The position numbers were made by a program, and so were the translations under genes. Positions 44,134 to 54,630 of a stretch of DNA of 64,000 nucleotides are shown here, piece after piece. The notes under the pieces are model-generated. The model made no database searches. It was not told the origin of the DNA and saw nothing but the letters and a program-made list of their open reading frames with translations. Positions within the stretch are counted from its first letter, which is position 1. Every line of letters starts with the position of its first letter. This stretch comes from Eledone cirrhosa (lineage: Eukaryota): positions 682,001-746,000 of the forward strand of contig CAXHJY010000928.1 in assembly GCA_964016885.1 (NCBI GenBank), written 5' to 3'.

Positions 44134-44301
44134 GTGAAAGCTAGCTTAAGAAAGGCAGAGAAAGAACTTGAAAGCAGGCAATGGTCTTCAGCTCCAATAG
44201 AATTACAGAAATGGCTGCAGTTAACTTATGAAATTGAGTTGCAACATCATAATAACAAGAAGATGGCAGCAGAAGAACAATTGAGAGAAGCAAGAGATTG
44301 T
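44134..44301 (+). CDS. STIM: STIM internal exon B (CC1 end and start of SOAR/CAD), [56 protein letters not shown]
   Basis: TTTTTCAG acceptor and GTAAGT donor. 168 nt, phase 0/0. Colinear with human STIM1 [56 protein letters not shown]. Confidence 0.97.
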
Positions 44302-44311
44302 GTAAGTTGGG

Positions 44312-44495
44312 ATTAATAATTGTTTCTACGTTAGGCACAAGGCCAGCAATAACCCAGTACATTACTGGTACTTTATTTTATCGACCCCCGTAAGGATGAA
44401 AGGCAAAGTTAACCTCGGCGGGATTTGAACTCAGACTGTAAAGGGCCGTAACTATGCTAGAAAGCATGGCGTCTGACGCTCTACCGATACTGCCA
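44312..44495 (-). mobile_element. Near full-length tRNA-derived SINE
   Basis: Minus strand shows A-box-like TGGCAGTATCGGTAGAGCG, B-box GAGTTCAAATCCC, central GCCTTTCATCCTTACGGGGGTCGATAAAATAAAGTACCAG and an ATT-rich tail. Confidence 0.88.
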
Positions 44496-44502
44496 ATTTT
44501 AA

Positions 44503-47500
44503 TGTGGTATATGGTGTTGTGATGTGGTATGTGGTGTTGTGATGTGGTATATGGTGTTGTGATGTGGTATATGGTGTTGTGATGTGGTATATGGTGTTGT
44601 GATGTGGTATGTGGTGTTGTGATGTGGTATATGGTGTTGTGATGTGGTATGTGGTGTTGTGATGTGGTATGTGGTGTTGTGTGGTATATGGTGTTGTGGT
44701 GTGGTATGTGGTGTTGTGTGGTATGTGGTGTTGTGATGTGGTATGTGGTGTGTGGTGTTGTGATATGGTATGTGGTGTTTTGGTGTGGTATGTGGTGTTG
44801 TGATGTCGTATGTATTGGTGTGGTGTGGTATGTGGTATGAGGTGTTGTGATGTGGTATGTGGTGTTGTGACATGGTTCGCAGTGTTGTGATGTGGTATAT
44901 GGTGTTGTGATGTGGTATGTGGTGTTGTGATGTGGTATGTGGTGTTGTGATGTGGTATGTGATGTTGTGATGTGGTATATGGTGTTGTGATGTGGTATGT
45001 GGTGTTGTGATGTGGTATATGGTGTTGTGATGTGGTATATGGTGTTGTGATGTGGTATATGGTGTTGTGATGTGGTATGTGGTGTTGTGATGTGGTATAT
45101 GGTGTTGTGATGTGGTATGTGGTGTTGTGATGTGGTATGTGGTGTTGTGTGGTATATGGTGTTGTGGTGTGGTATGTGGTGTTGTGATGTGGTATGTGGT
45201 GTGTGGTGTTGTGATATGGTATGTGGTGTTTTGGTGTGGTATGTGGTGTTGTGATGTCGTATGTATTGTTGTGATGTGGTGCATGGTGTGGTGTGGTATG
45301 TGGTGTTGTGATGTGGTATGAGGTGTTGTGATGTGGTATGTGGTGTTGTGATGTGGTATGTGGTGTTGTGATGTGGTATATGGTGTTGTGATGTGGTATG
45401 TGGTATGTGGTGTTGTGATGTGGTATGTGGTGTTGTGGTGTGGTATGTGGTGTTGTGGTGTGGTATGTGGTGTTCTGATGTGGTATGTGGTGTTGTGATG
45501 TGGTATGTGATGGTGTGGTGTTGTGATGTGGTATGTGGTGTTGTGGTGTGGTATGTGGTGTTGTGTGGTATGTGGTGTTCTGTGTAGTATGTGGTGTTGT
45601 GATGTGGTATGTGATGTGATGTGGTATGTGGTGTTGTGATGTGGTATGTGGTGTTGTGATGTGGTATGTGGTGTTGTGATGTGGTATGTGGTGTTGTGAC
45701 GTGGTATGTGGAGTTGTGACGGGGTATGTTGTGTTGTGATGTGGTTTGTGGTGTTGGGATGTGGTATGTCGTGTTGTGACGTGGTATGTGATGTGATATG
45801 TGGTGTTGTGATGTGGTGTGTGGTATGTGGTGTTGTGATGTGTTTGTGGTGTTGTGATGTGGTATGTGGTGTGATGTTGTATGTGGTGTTGTGATGTGGT
45901 ATGTGATGTTGTGATGTGGTATGTGGTGTTGTGATGTGGTATGAGATGTTGTGATGTGGTATGTGGTGTTGTGATGTGGTATGCAGTGTGGTAGTGGAAT
46001 GTGGTATGTGATATGAGGTGGTGTGTGGGGTTGTGATGTGTGGTGTTGTGGTGTTGTGATGTGGTATGAGGTTTTGTCATGTGGTATGAGGTGTTGTGGT
46101 GTTATGATGTGGTATGTGGTGTTGTGATGGGGTATGTGGTATGTGGTGTTGTGGTGTGGTATATGGTGTTGTGATGTGGTATGTGGTGTTGTGATGTGGT
46201 ATGTGGTGTTGCGATGCGGTATGATGTGTTTTGATGCGGTATGAGGTGATGTGGTATGTGGTGTTGTGATGTGGTATGTGGTGTGATGTGGTATGTGGTG
46301 TGTGGTGTTGTGTTGTGATGAGGTAAGTGGTGTTGTGATGTGTTATGTGGTGTGTGGTGTTGTGATATGGTGTGTGGTGTGTGGTGTTTTGGTGTGGTGT
46401 GGTATGTGGTGTTGTGATGTGGTATGAGGTCTGATGTGGTATGGGGTGTTGTGATGTGGTATGCAGTGTTGTGATGTGGTATGCAGTGTTGTGATGTGGT
46501 ATGTAGTGTGGTAGTGGAATGTGGTATGTGGTGTTGTGATGTGGTATGCAGTGTTGTGATGTGGTATGTAGTGTGGTAGTGGAATGTGGTATGTGGTGTT
46601 GTGATGTGGTATATGGTGTTGTGATGTGGTGTGATGTGGTATGTGGTGTTGTGCTGTTCTGATGTGGTATGTGGTGTTGTGATGTCGTATGAGGTGTTGT
46701 GACGTGGTATGCTGTGTTGTGATATGGTATGTGGTGTTGTAATGTGGTATGTGGTGTTGAGATGTGGTATGTGGTGTTGTGATGTGGTATGTGGTGTTGT
46801 GACGGGGTATGTTGTGTTGTGATGTGGTGTGTCGTATGTGGTGTTGTGACGTAGTATGAAGTGTTGTGATGTGTTATGTGGTGTTGTGATGTGGTATTTG
46901 CTGCTGTGACATGGTATTCAGTGTTGTGATGTGGTATTCAGTGTTGTGATGTGGTATGTGGTGTTTTGATGTGTGGTGTGGTGTTGTGATGTGGTATGTG
47001 ATGTTGTGATGTGGTATGTGGTGTTGTGGTGTGGTATATGATGTGATATGTGGTGTTGTGATGTGGTATGAAGTGTTGTGATGTGGTATGTGGTGTGTGG
47101 TGTTGTGATGTGGTATGTGGTTTTGTGATGTGGTATGTGGTGTTGTGATGTGGTATGTGGTGTGTGGTGTTGTGATGTGGTATGAGGTTTTGTCATGTGG
47201 TATGTAGTGTTGTGATGTGGTATGTGGTGTTGTGATGTGGTATGTGGTGTTGTAATGTGGTATGTGGCATGTGATGTGGTATGTGGTATTGTGATGTGGT
47301 ATGCGGTGTTGTGATATGGTGTGTGGTGTTGTGATGTGGTATGTGGGGTTGTGATGTGATATGTGGTGTTGTAATGTGGTATGTGGTGTTGTGTGATGTG
47401 GTATGTGGTTTTGTGATGTGGTATGAGCTGTTGTGATGTGGTGTGTGGTGTTGTGATATGGTGTGTGGTGTTGTGATGTGGTGTATGGTGTGGTGTGGTA

Positions 47501-48510
47501 TGTGGTGTTGTTGTGGTGTGAGGTGTGATGTGGTATGAGGTGTTGTGATGTGGTATGCAGTGTTGTGAAGTGGTATCTGGTGTTGTGGTGTGGTATGTAG
47601 TATGTGGTGTTGTGATGTCGTATGAGGTGTTGTGATGTGGTATGAGGTTTTGTCATGTGGTATGTAGTGTTGTGATGTGGTATGTGGTATGTGGTGTTGT
47701 GATGTGGTATGTGGCATGTGGCATGTGATGTGGTATGTGGTATGAGGTGTTGTGATGTGGTATGTGGGGTTGTGATGTGATATGTGGTGTTGTAATGTGG
47801 TATGTGGTGTTGTGATGTGGTATGTGGTTTTGTGATGTGGTATGAGCTGTTGTGATGTGGTGTGTGGTGTTTTGGTGTGGTATGTGGTGTTGTGATGTGG
47901 TGTGGTATGTGGTGTTGTTGTGGTGTGAGGTGTTGTGATGTGGTATGCAGTGTTGTGAAGTGGTATGTGGTGTTGTGATGTGGTATATGGGGTTGTGATG
48001 TGGTATGTGGTGTTGTGGTGTGGTATGTGGTGTTCTGATGTGGTATGTGGTGTTGTGATGTCGTATGAGGTGTTGTGATGTGGTATGAGGTATTGTGACA
48101 TGGTATGCAGTGTTGTGATATGGTATGTGGTGTTGTGACGTGGTATGCAGTGTTCTGATGTGGTATATGGTGTTGTGATGTGGTGTGAGGTGTGATGTGG
48201 TATGTGGTGTTGTGGTGTGGTATGTGGTATGTGGTGTTGTGATGTGATATGTGGTGTTGTGATGTGGTATGTGGTGTTGTGATGTGGTATGTGGTGTTGT
48301 GACGTGGTATGTGGAGTTGTGACGTGGTATGAGGTGTTGTGATGTGGTATGTGGTGTTGTGATGTGGTATTTGGTGTTGTGATGTGGTATTTGGTGATGT
48401 GACGTGGTATTCAGTGTTGTGATGTGGCATGTTGTGTTTTGATGTGGTGTGTGGTGTTGTGATGTGGTTTGCAGTGTTGTGGCGTGGTATGCAGTGTTGT
48501 GATGTGGTAT
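44503..48510 (+). repeat. 20-bp GT-rich minisatellite (GATGTGGTATGTGGTGTTGT)n built from 5-mer subunits, about 4 kb
   Basis: Seen directly. Homogeneous at the left end and more degenerate to the right. Source of the His/Thr/Pro-rich minus-strand ORFs. Confidence 0.99.
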
Positions 48511-48581
48511 GCCAGTCTCCTCTCTCTCTCCACCATTGTGTCATTGCAAATTATATATACACTATATATATATCAAATTTC

Positions 48582-48919
48582 AAAGTGGAGTTAAAGATCC
48601 ACAATCTTCCCCCATAATTTAATGAGTTCAAGGAACAGACTCCAGGCTCTTTATAATTCAGCATATCTAAAAGAGAAGGCATATCTACGTTTTACAGCCC
48701 ATGGTGGTGTGAACAGAGCATAAGACTGCTAAAAACAGCAGCTCGAGTTCATTAAATCATGGGGGATGATTGTGGATCTTTAACTTCACTTTATAATTTT
48801 ATATATTAGCTCCTGTTTCATTTCTATATGTAAGTAGAGCTTCTTGAGTTGAATGATTCTGAGTTGCTGTTTCTAGCAGTCTTATGGGCTATTCACATCC
48901 CCATAGGCTGTAAAACGTA
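48582..48919. repeat. Two interleaved inverted-repeat pairs (A 48582-48629 / A' 48745-48792; B 48686-48744 / B' 48861-48919)
   Basis: AAAGTGGAGTTAAAGATCCACAATC vs GATTGTGGATCTTTAACTTCACTTT; TACGTTTTACAGCC and CATAAGACTGCTAAAAACAGCAGCTC vs GAGTTGCTGTTTCTAGCAGTCTTATG and GGCTGTAAAACGTA. Confidence 0.85.
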
Positions 48920-49114
48920 CATGTGCATATTTTTAGTTATCTAATAGATTTTTAGAAGTGGAGACCATATTGCTAGGACATCCACCGATGAGCTTTACTT
49001 CAGTATGTAAACTCCACTTAAAATAGCGAACTCTAATTTGAACATGTCCAGATGTTATAGTTATAATTGGATGGTTAGTACACTTTAATATATTTTTATA
49101 TGTTCCTAACTCTG

Positions 49115-50915
49115 GCTTCGCCGTTCATGCACATTACTATTACACATACATCAGATCATGCAAGTTTTGATTCTTTTTAATCTACGCAAGTCTTCTGCAC
49201 ACGATGCCCAAGTCTCACTATCATGTAATATCGCCATTCATATACTAGCATCATACAATCTGCCTTTCACTTTTAGAGAAAAACCCCTTGTGGCCAACAG
49301 TGGTATAAGCTCTCTGAACTTTTTCCATCCTGTTCTGACTCTGGCTACTGTACTTTCAGAGCACCCTCCTCTACTGCTGATTTTGTCACCCAGGTAATGG
49401 AAGGTGTCTACTATTTCTATAGATCTGTCTGGGCAGTTGAAGGAGCTAGTCTCCTGTGGGCCATTGCTACTTACTGCAGCTGAGCATCGGCCACTTATAA
49501 AATCTACATTCTTAGATAGCTTACCTGTGATCCCAATACATCTTTTAAGTACCCATAATTTGCATCTGGAACATAGAATGGAATTTCTATCTACTCGAGC
49601 ATGGTTATTTCCCAGAGGGCACTTGTGCCCTATTCTCCTTTAGTCTTAGACGAGTTAACTTTAAGGCTTTTTGATTTTAGGTCATGCTTCCATGTTTGGA
49701 ATTTCTACTCTAGTTCAGCCATGGATTCAGCTATGAGAGTTAGATTATCCGCATATACTATTTCCCATGGGCAGCCAGTCTTAAACCCATCTGTTATAGC
49801 CTGTATGACAATAATAAAGAGGAGGGGGCTAAGGAGAGAGCCTTGGTGAACCCCTACTATTACGCTAAATTCAACACTATATTCATCGTTAATTCTAACC
49901 TTGCTGAGTGTTCCTCTATACATGTCTTGTATAGCTCTCACAAGCCATTCTTCCACTCCTAGTTTTCTAAGTGCCCACCAGATTAAGGAGCGGGGTGGGC
50001 TCTGTCAAAGGCTTTCTCCAGGTGAACAAAAGCTAAGCAGAGGGGTTTACTGTTAGCTAGGTACTATCACTGTAACTGCTGTACAATGAAAAAGCATCCG
50101 TGGTACTTGTACCTGGCATAAACCCAAACTGCATTTCATCTAGATCAATTTGGTCTCTGATCAGTAGAGTAATAACTTTTTCTGTGACTTTCATGACTTG
50201 GTCAACTAATTTAATGCCTCTATAGTTTTCTCTATCCAGGGCATTTCCTTTGCCCTTGTAACAGTTGATGATGCTGCTGCTATGCCAGTCATTTGGTATG
50301 ACTCCATTCTGTATTACTTGGTTTACTATCCGGGTGACCACAGTATGTCCCACCATTCCAGATGCCTTCATTTCAGCAACTATCCCCAAAGGCCCAGCTG
50401 CCTTGCCTGTCTTCATATCTTTGATTGGCTTACTTACTATACTACCTTTAACTTGCATTGCTGGTCCTTCTGTTGGATAAATGTGGGGCAGACTATCTTT
50501 ATTCCATTCATTCTCCACATTCAGTAGTCTCTCATAGTGACACTTCCAAGCTACCTCCTTATCAGTCATTACGGACACACGTCTCCCCGACAATATCACA
50601 ATTCTCCTTGGCACATTGCCTCGCAATCCTGAATATCTCACGTCATTGGTCCTCACATTGTAGAATATGCTTGAATTACTATCCTCTGCTTCCCTCTTTG
50701 CAAGGTACACTTGTCTCCTAGCTTCTCTCCTAGCTACCTGATAGTGTTCTCTATTACCCCCATCCTGCCATTCTTTCTAAGCCTTCTTTTTGCCCTTGAA
50801 CTCCTCCACCTTACTATTCCACCACCAAGTTACTCGCCTCCTGCCTATAGGTCTACTCCAGCACAGATTTCATCAGTCACCTTCAACAGGTTAAATTTCA
50901 GGAATTCCCACTGTT
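49115..50915 (-). mobile_element. Degenerate RTE-clade LINE, reverse transcriptase region, truncated at both ends
   Basis: KGKGNALDRENYRGIKL, QFGFMPGTSTTDA, GVHQGSLLSPLLF and IVYADNL (YADD-equivalent) motifs, with multiple stops and frameshifts. Confidence 0.95.
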
Positions 50916-50926
50916 TCTCTATATAT

Positions 50927-51300
50927 ATCATCATCATCATCGTTTAACGTCTATCTTCCACACTAGCATGGGTTTGGACGGGAATTTTCCCACTTGAGGC
51001 AAGATTGGTTGTCTTGCTCGTATAGGACTGTCTGGCGGGTTTTCTATGGCTGGATGCCCTTCCTAACACCAACCACGTTTACAGTGTGGACTGGGAGGTT
51101 TTTACCGTGTTACCTACACGGCCACATTACAGCGTGGACTGTGTGTTTTTTGTCATGACACCTACATGACCTCATTTGTTTCGGACTGGATGTTGTGGTA
51201 CCAACATAACTTTACAATGAAAGGGGTGGTGTAGATGGGGTGGGGGTAGTGGGACAGGGGTGTATTTTTGGTTAAGAGGTGCCTACTGACTGTAGGTACT
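50927..51300 (-). mobile_element. 3' UTR/tail of the same RTE family ending in (GAT)n
   Basis: Reverse complement matches 52624-52660 (AGTCAGTAGGCACCTC) and 53360-53520. Confidence 0.85.
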
Positions 51301-51693
51301 ACTAAGTATATATGTATATATAAATACAAATAATGAATCAAACATATCAAATATGTTAGAATTTGTGTTCCTCAATAAGTAAGCTCAACAGACATTATCC
51401 AGAGCCATAATAAACCGAATGAAAAAGATATATGTATATATAGAGAGAGAGAAAGAAAGAGCCATATATCGTATAAGAAACACAGTATATTGTATATATA
51501 CCAAATACATATTCCAAAGAAGAGTATGTACACAGGTGGAATCATAAGAGAAACCATATAGTGCTATTTCATACCTGGAAAGTGTAGCTCAAAATCAATG
51601 TAATTGATCATCGAAAATATCAATCAATATCTATAGTTTCTGGCAGAACTAACTATTTTAATTAATTAAGAAGGTCAATTCTGTTCTTTTGAT

Positions 51694-53520
51694 CATGGGA
51701 ACTTCTATATGCAAATGCTCTAACGCTCATAGCTGAATCTATGGCTGAACTAGAGAAGAAATTCAAAAAATTGAAGCATGGCCTAGAATCAAAAGGCCTT
51801 AATGTAAACTTGTCTAAGACTAAAGTTCTAGTATGTAGAAAGGAAAATAGGGCACAGGTACCCTCATGGAAATGGCCATGCTGAGTGTGTAAGAAAGGAG
51901 TAGGCAGAAATTCCATTCTATGTCCCAAATGCAAAGTATGGGTACATAAAAGATATAGTGGGATCACAGGTAAACTATCTGAGAACGTAGATTATATATG
52001 TGACTGATGCTCAGTTGTAGGTAGTAGCAAGTGCCCATTGGATACTAGCTCCTTCTATTGCCCAGACAGATCTATAGAAATAGTCAACAATATCCGTTAC
52101 CTGGGTGACAAAATCAGCAGTAGAGGAAGTACAGTAGCCAGAGTTAGAACAGGAGGGAAAAAGTTCAGAGAGCTTATATTGTTGTTGGCTACAAAGGGTT
52201 TCTCTCTAAAATGAAAGGCAGATTGTTTGATGCTTGTATATAAACAACAATATTCTATGGTAGTGAGACTTGGGCATTGTGTGCAGAAGACTCATGTAGA
52301 TTAGAAGGAAATGAAGCTTGCATGATCCAATAGATGTGTAATAGTAATGTATGTGAACGGGAAAGCATAAACGAATTAAGAGAGAGACTAAGCATAAGAG
52401 GTATCAAATGTGTTCTGGAGAGGAGATTTCATTGGTATGGACATGTGATGTGTATGAAGGACAACAGCTGTGTAAAAAAGTCCTGGGCGATCAAAATTGA
52501 TGGAAGCTATGGAGTAGGTAACCAAGAAAAACCTGGGATGAGGTGATAAAAGCTGACCTTGCTCACTTACATTTCTCTAAGACAATGTCACTGGATCGAG
52601 ATCTTGTATACAAACTTAAATTTATAGTCAGTAGGCACCTCCTAACCCAATATATACCCTACTCCATCCTCACATTTCTGTCCACTGTAAAGTGGTCATG
52701 TAGGTGTCATAACAAAAGCACCCAGTCCACACTGTAAAGTGGACATGTAGGTGTCATAACAAAAGCACCCAGTCCACACTGTAAAGTGGACATGTAGGTG
52801 TCATGACAAAAGCACCCAGTCGACACTATAAAGTGGTCATGTAGGTGTCACAACAAAAAGTACCCAGTCCACACTGTAAAGTGGTCATGTAGGTGTCACA
52901 ACAAATAATACCCAGTACACACTGTAAAGTGGTCATGTAGGTGTCATGACAAAAGCACGCAGTCCACACTGTAAAGTGGTCATGTAGGTGTCACAACAAA
53001 TAGTACCCAGTCCACACTGTAAAGTGGTCATGTAGGTGTCATGACAAAAGCACCCAGTCCACACTGTAAAGTGGTCATGTAGGTGTCATGACAAAAGCAC
53101 CCAGTCCACACTGTAAAGTGGTCATATAGGGGTCACAACAAATACTACCCAGTCCACGCTGTAAAGTGGTCATATAGGTGTCACAACAAATAGTACCCAG
53201 TTCACACTGTAAAGTGGTCATATAGGTGTCACAACAAATAGTACCCAGTACACACTGTAAAGTGGTCATGTAGGTATCATGACAAAAAGTACCCAGTCTA
53301 CACTGTAAAGTAGTCATGTAGGAGACATGGTAAAAAAGCCCCCAGTCCACACTATAAATGTGGTTGGTGTTAGGAAGGACATCCAGCTGTAAAAAACCTG
53401 CCAGAAAGAGTTCTGTACGAGCAAGACACGGTCACCCGACCAATCTTACCTCAAGTGGGACAAAACTGTCCAACCCATGCTAGCGTGGAAGATGGACATT
53501 AAATGATGATGATGATGATG
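51694..53520 (+). mobile_element. 5'-truncated RTE-clade LINE: end of RT, Cys-rich region, 3' UTR with expanded minisatellite and (GAT)n tail
   Basis: WELLYANALTLIAESMAELEKKF...GLNVNLSKTKVL...WPC*VCKKGVGRNSILCPKCKVWVHKR...YGSETWA...RRFHWYGHV. Inverted homologue of 49115-49769. Confidence 0.93.
52681..53360 (+). repeat. 47-49-bp tandem repeat (about 14 copies) CAGTCCACACTGTAAAGTGGTCATGTAGGTGTCATGACAAAAGCACC in the LINE 3' UTR
   Basis: Seen directly. Two variants (ATGACAAAAGC and ACAACAAATAGT) partly alternate. Confidence 0.97.
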
Positions 53521-53686
53521 ACACACATAGACTGTATATAACTAATATCACAAAACATTCTATCTTATCTTCTCACCACTCTGTCAATATCAACAACTTT
53601 TACCTGTGATCACTCTTTACAGGGTTTTTTCCTGAAAAATTCTTTGTGGGGAAATTTCAAATTAATTATTTTTATTTTGATGACAG

Positions 53687-53787
53687 TGTGAAAAATTAAA
53701 GAAAAAAAGAAATGCGTTTATGGGTCCTCTGAGGATAGCCCATGGGAATTCTATTGATGAAGTTGATAAACGGATCCTTAATGTAAG
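53687..53787 (+). CDS. STIM: STIM internal exon C (SOAR polybasic segment and apex), CEKLKKKRNAFMGPLRIAHGNSIDEVDKRILNV(R); absent from the ORF track
   Basis: T-rich tract plus ACAG acceptor and AAG|GTAAGC donor. 101 nt, phase 0/2. Colinear with human [34 protein letters not shown]. Confidence 0.96.
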
Positions 53788-54235
53788 GTAAGCTATGTGG
53801 TGTACATTTCCATCTTTATATAAATATATTATATATATATGTATATATATATATTACTATATTAGGAAAAACAGACAAGGAGTGTGGAGAATTTGAAGAG
53901 AGATTTATTTGATTAAATAATCTAACATGTGTTTCATCAATGATTGCTGTTTTTCCTAATATAATTTATACTAATTTACTCCGTGAATTCTTGGAACCTG
54001 TACCATACTTGAGGATTTAACATCTGGAATATTATATCACAGGACTCCATTAATTACGTTGACAAAAAAAATATTTGGTAAGCTGTTCTTTCACTATAGT
54101 TTACATAATTATTCTACAAATACAATTTTACCCAATAAAGTGAAAATACCCTTATTTTCTAATATATATATATATAGAGAGAGGGGGAAAACTAATATAG
54201 GTGGGTAATTGGTGAAATAAACAACAAAACAATTT

Positions 54236-54290
54236 ACCTTAGGAACTATATCATACACCTACGGTAGTAGGTGTATAATATTCTTAAGGT
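54236..54290. other. Imperfect palindrome/hairpin, core ATACACCTAC-GGTA-GTAGGTGTAT with ACCTTA / TAAGGT outer arms
   Basis: Seen directly; function unknown. Confidence 0.7.
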
Positions 54291-54557
54291 CCCATTTCGG
54301 TCACTCGTGACACCTTCAAAGCTTTGTCACTAATTCAATTTTTGATAGAATTGGATGGGGTTTTTTGCACTTTATAGGACCACAGATAAGCTACTTTTTG
54401 ACATAAAAATATTGAAATTTGGTTCAGTAGAAAAAAAGTTACATAAAAATAAGTGAGGACCAAAAGAGTGTAAGGAACTACATACATAAGTAACGCTTAG
54501 TTTGTTTCTAATTTCTAATACATTAAAATAGTGATAGATTGTGCAATAGTGAATTGT

Positions 54558-54630
54558 GGTCAGGTAGCTCAGTCGGTAGAGCAGCGGACCGGCAATCCGA
54601 AGGTCGTGGGTTCGATTCTCACCCTGATTA
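54558..54630 (+). tRNA. 73-nt tRNA-like cloverleaf with anticodon GGC (nominally Ala); probably a pseudogene or repeat-borne
   Basis: Acceptor GGTCAGG/CCTGATT, D stem GCTC/GAGC, anticodon stem GCGGA/TCCGA with loop CCGGCAA, T arm GTGGG-TTCGATT-CTCAC, then TTTT at 54632-54635. Has C33 instead of U33 and no G3:U70 pair. Confidence 0.7.

Noticed and set aside
44452-48544. Long His/Thr/Pro-rich ORFs (542, 556, 302, 261 aa) as a histidine-rich protein gene
   Set aside because: The CA-rich strand of a 20-bp repeat rarely contains stops; several frames are open with the same cyclic peptide and there are no splice or signal features.
53075-53350. Cys-rich repeat ORF resembling metallothionein
   Set aside because: Antisense translation of the 47-49-bp tandem repeat.
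53860-54165. (TA)n-flanked segment with a short inverted repeat (TATTAGGAAAAACAG / CTGTTTTTCCTAATA) and a minus-strand GAAACACATGTTAG motif
   Set aside because: Possibly a Penelope-like relic, but too short and incomplete to classify.
54558-54630. Functional tRNA-Ala or evidence of bacterial contamination
   Set aside because: Lacks U33 and G3:U70, has no encoded CCA, and the flanks are AT-rich eukaryotic repeat sequence.
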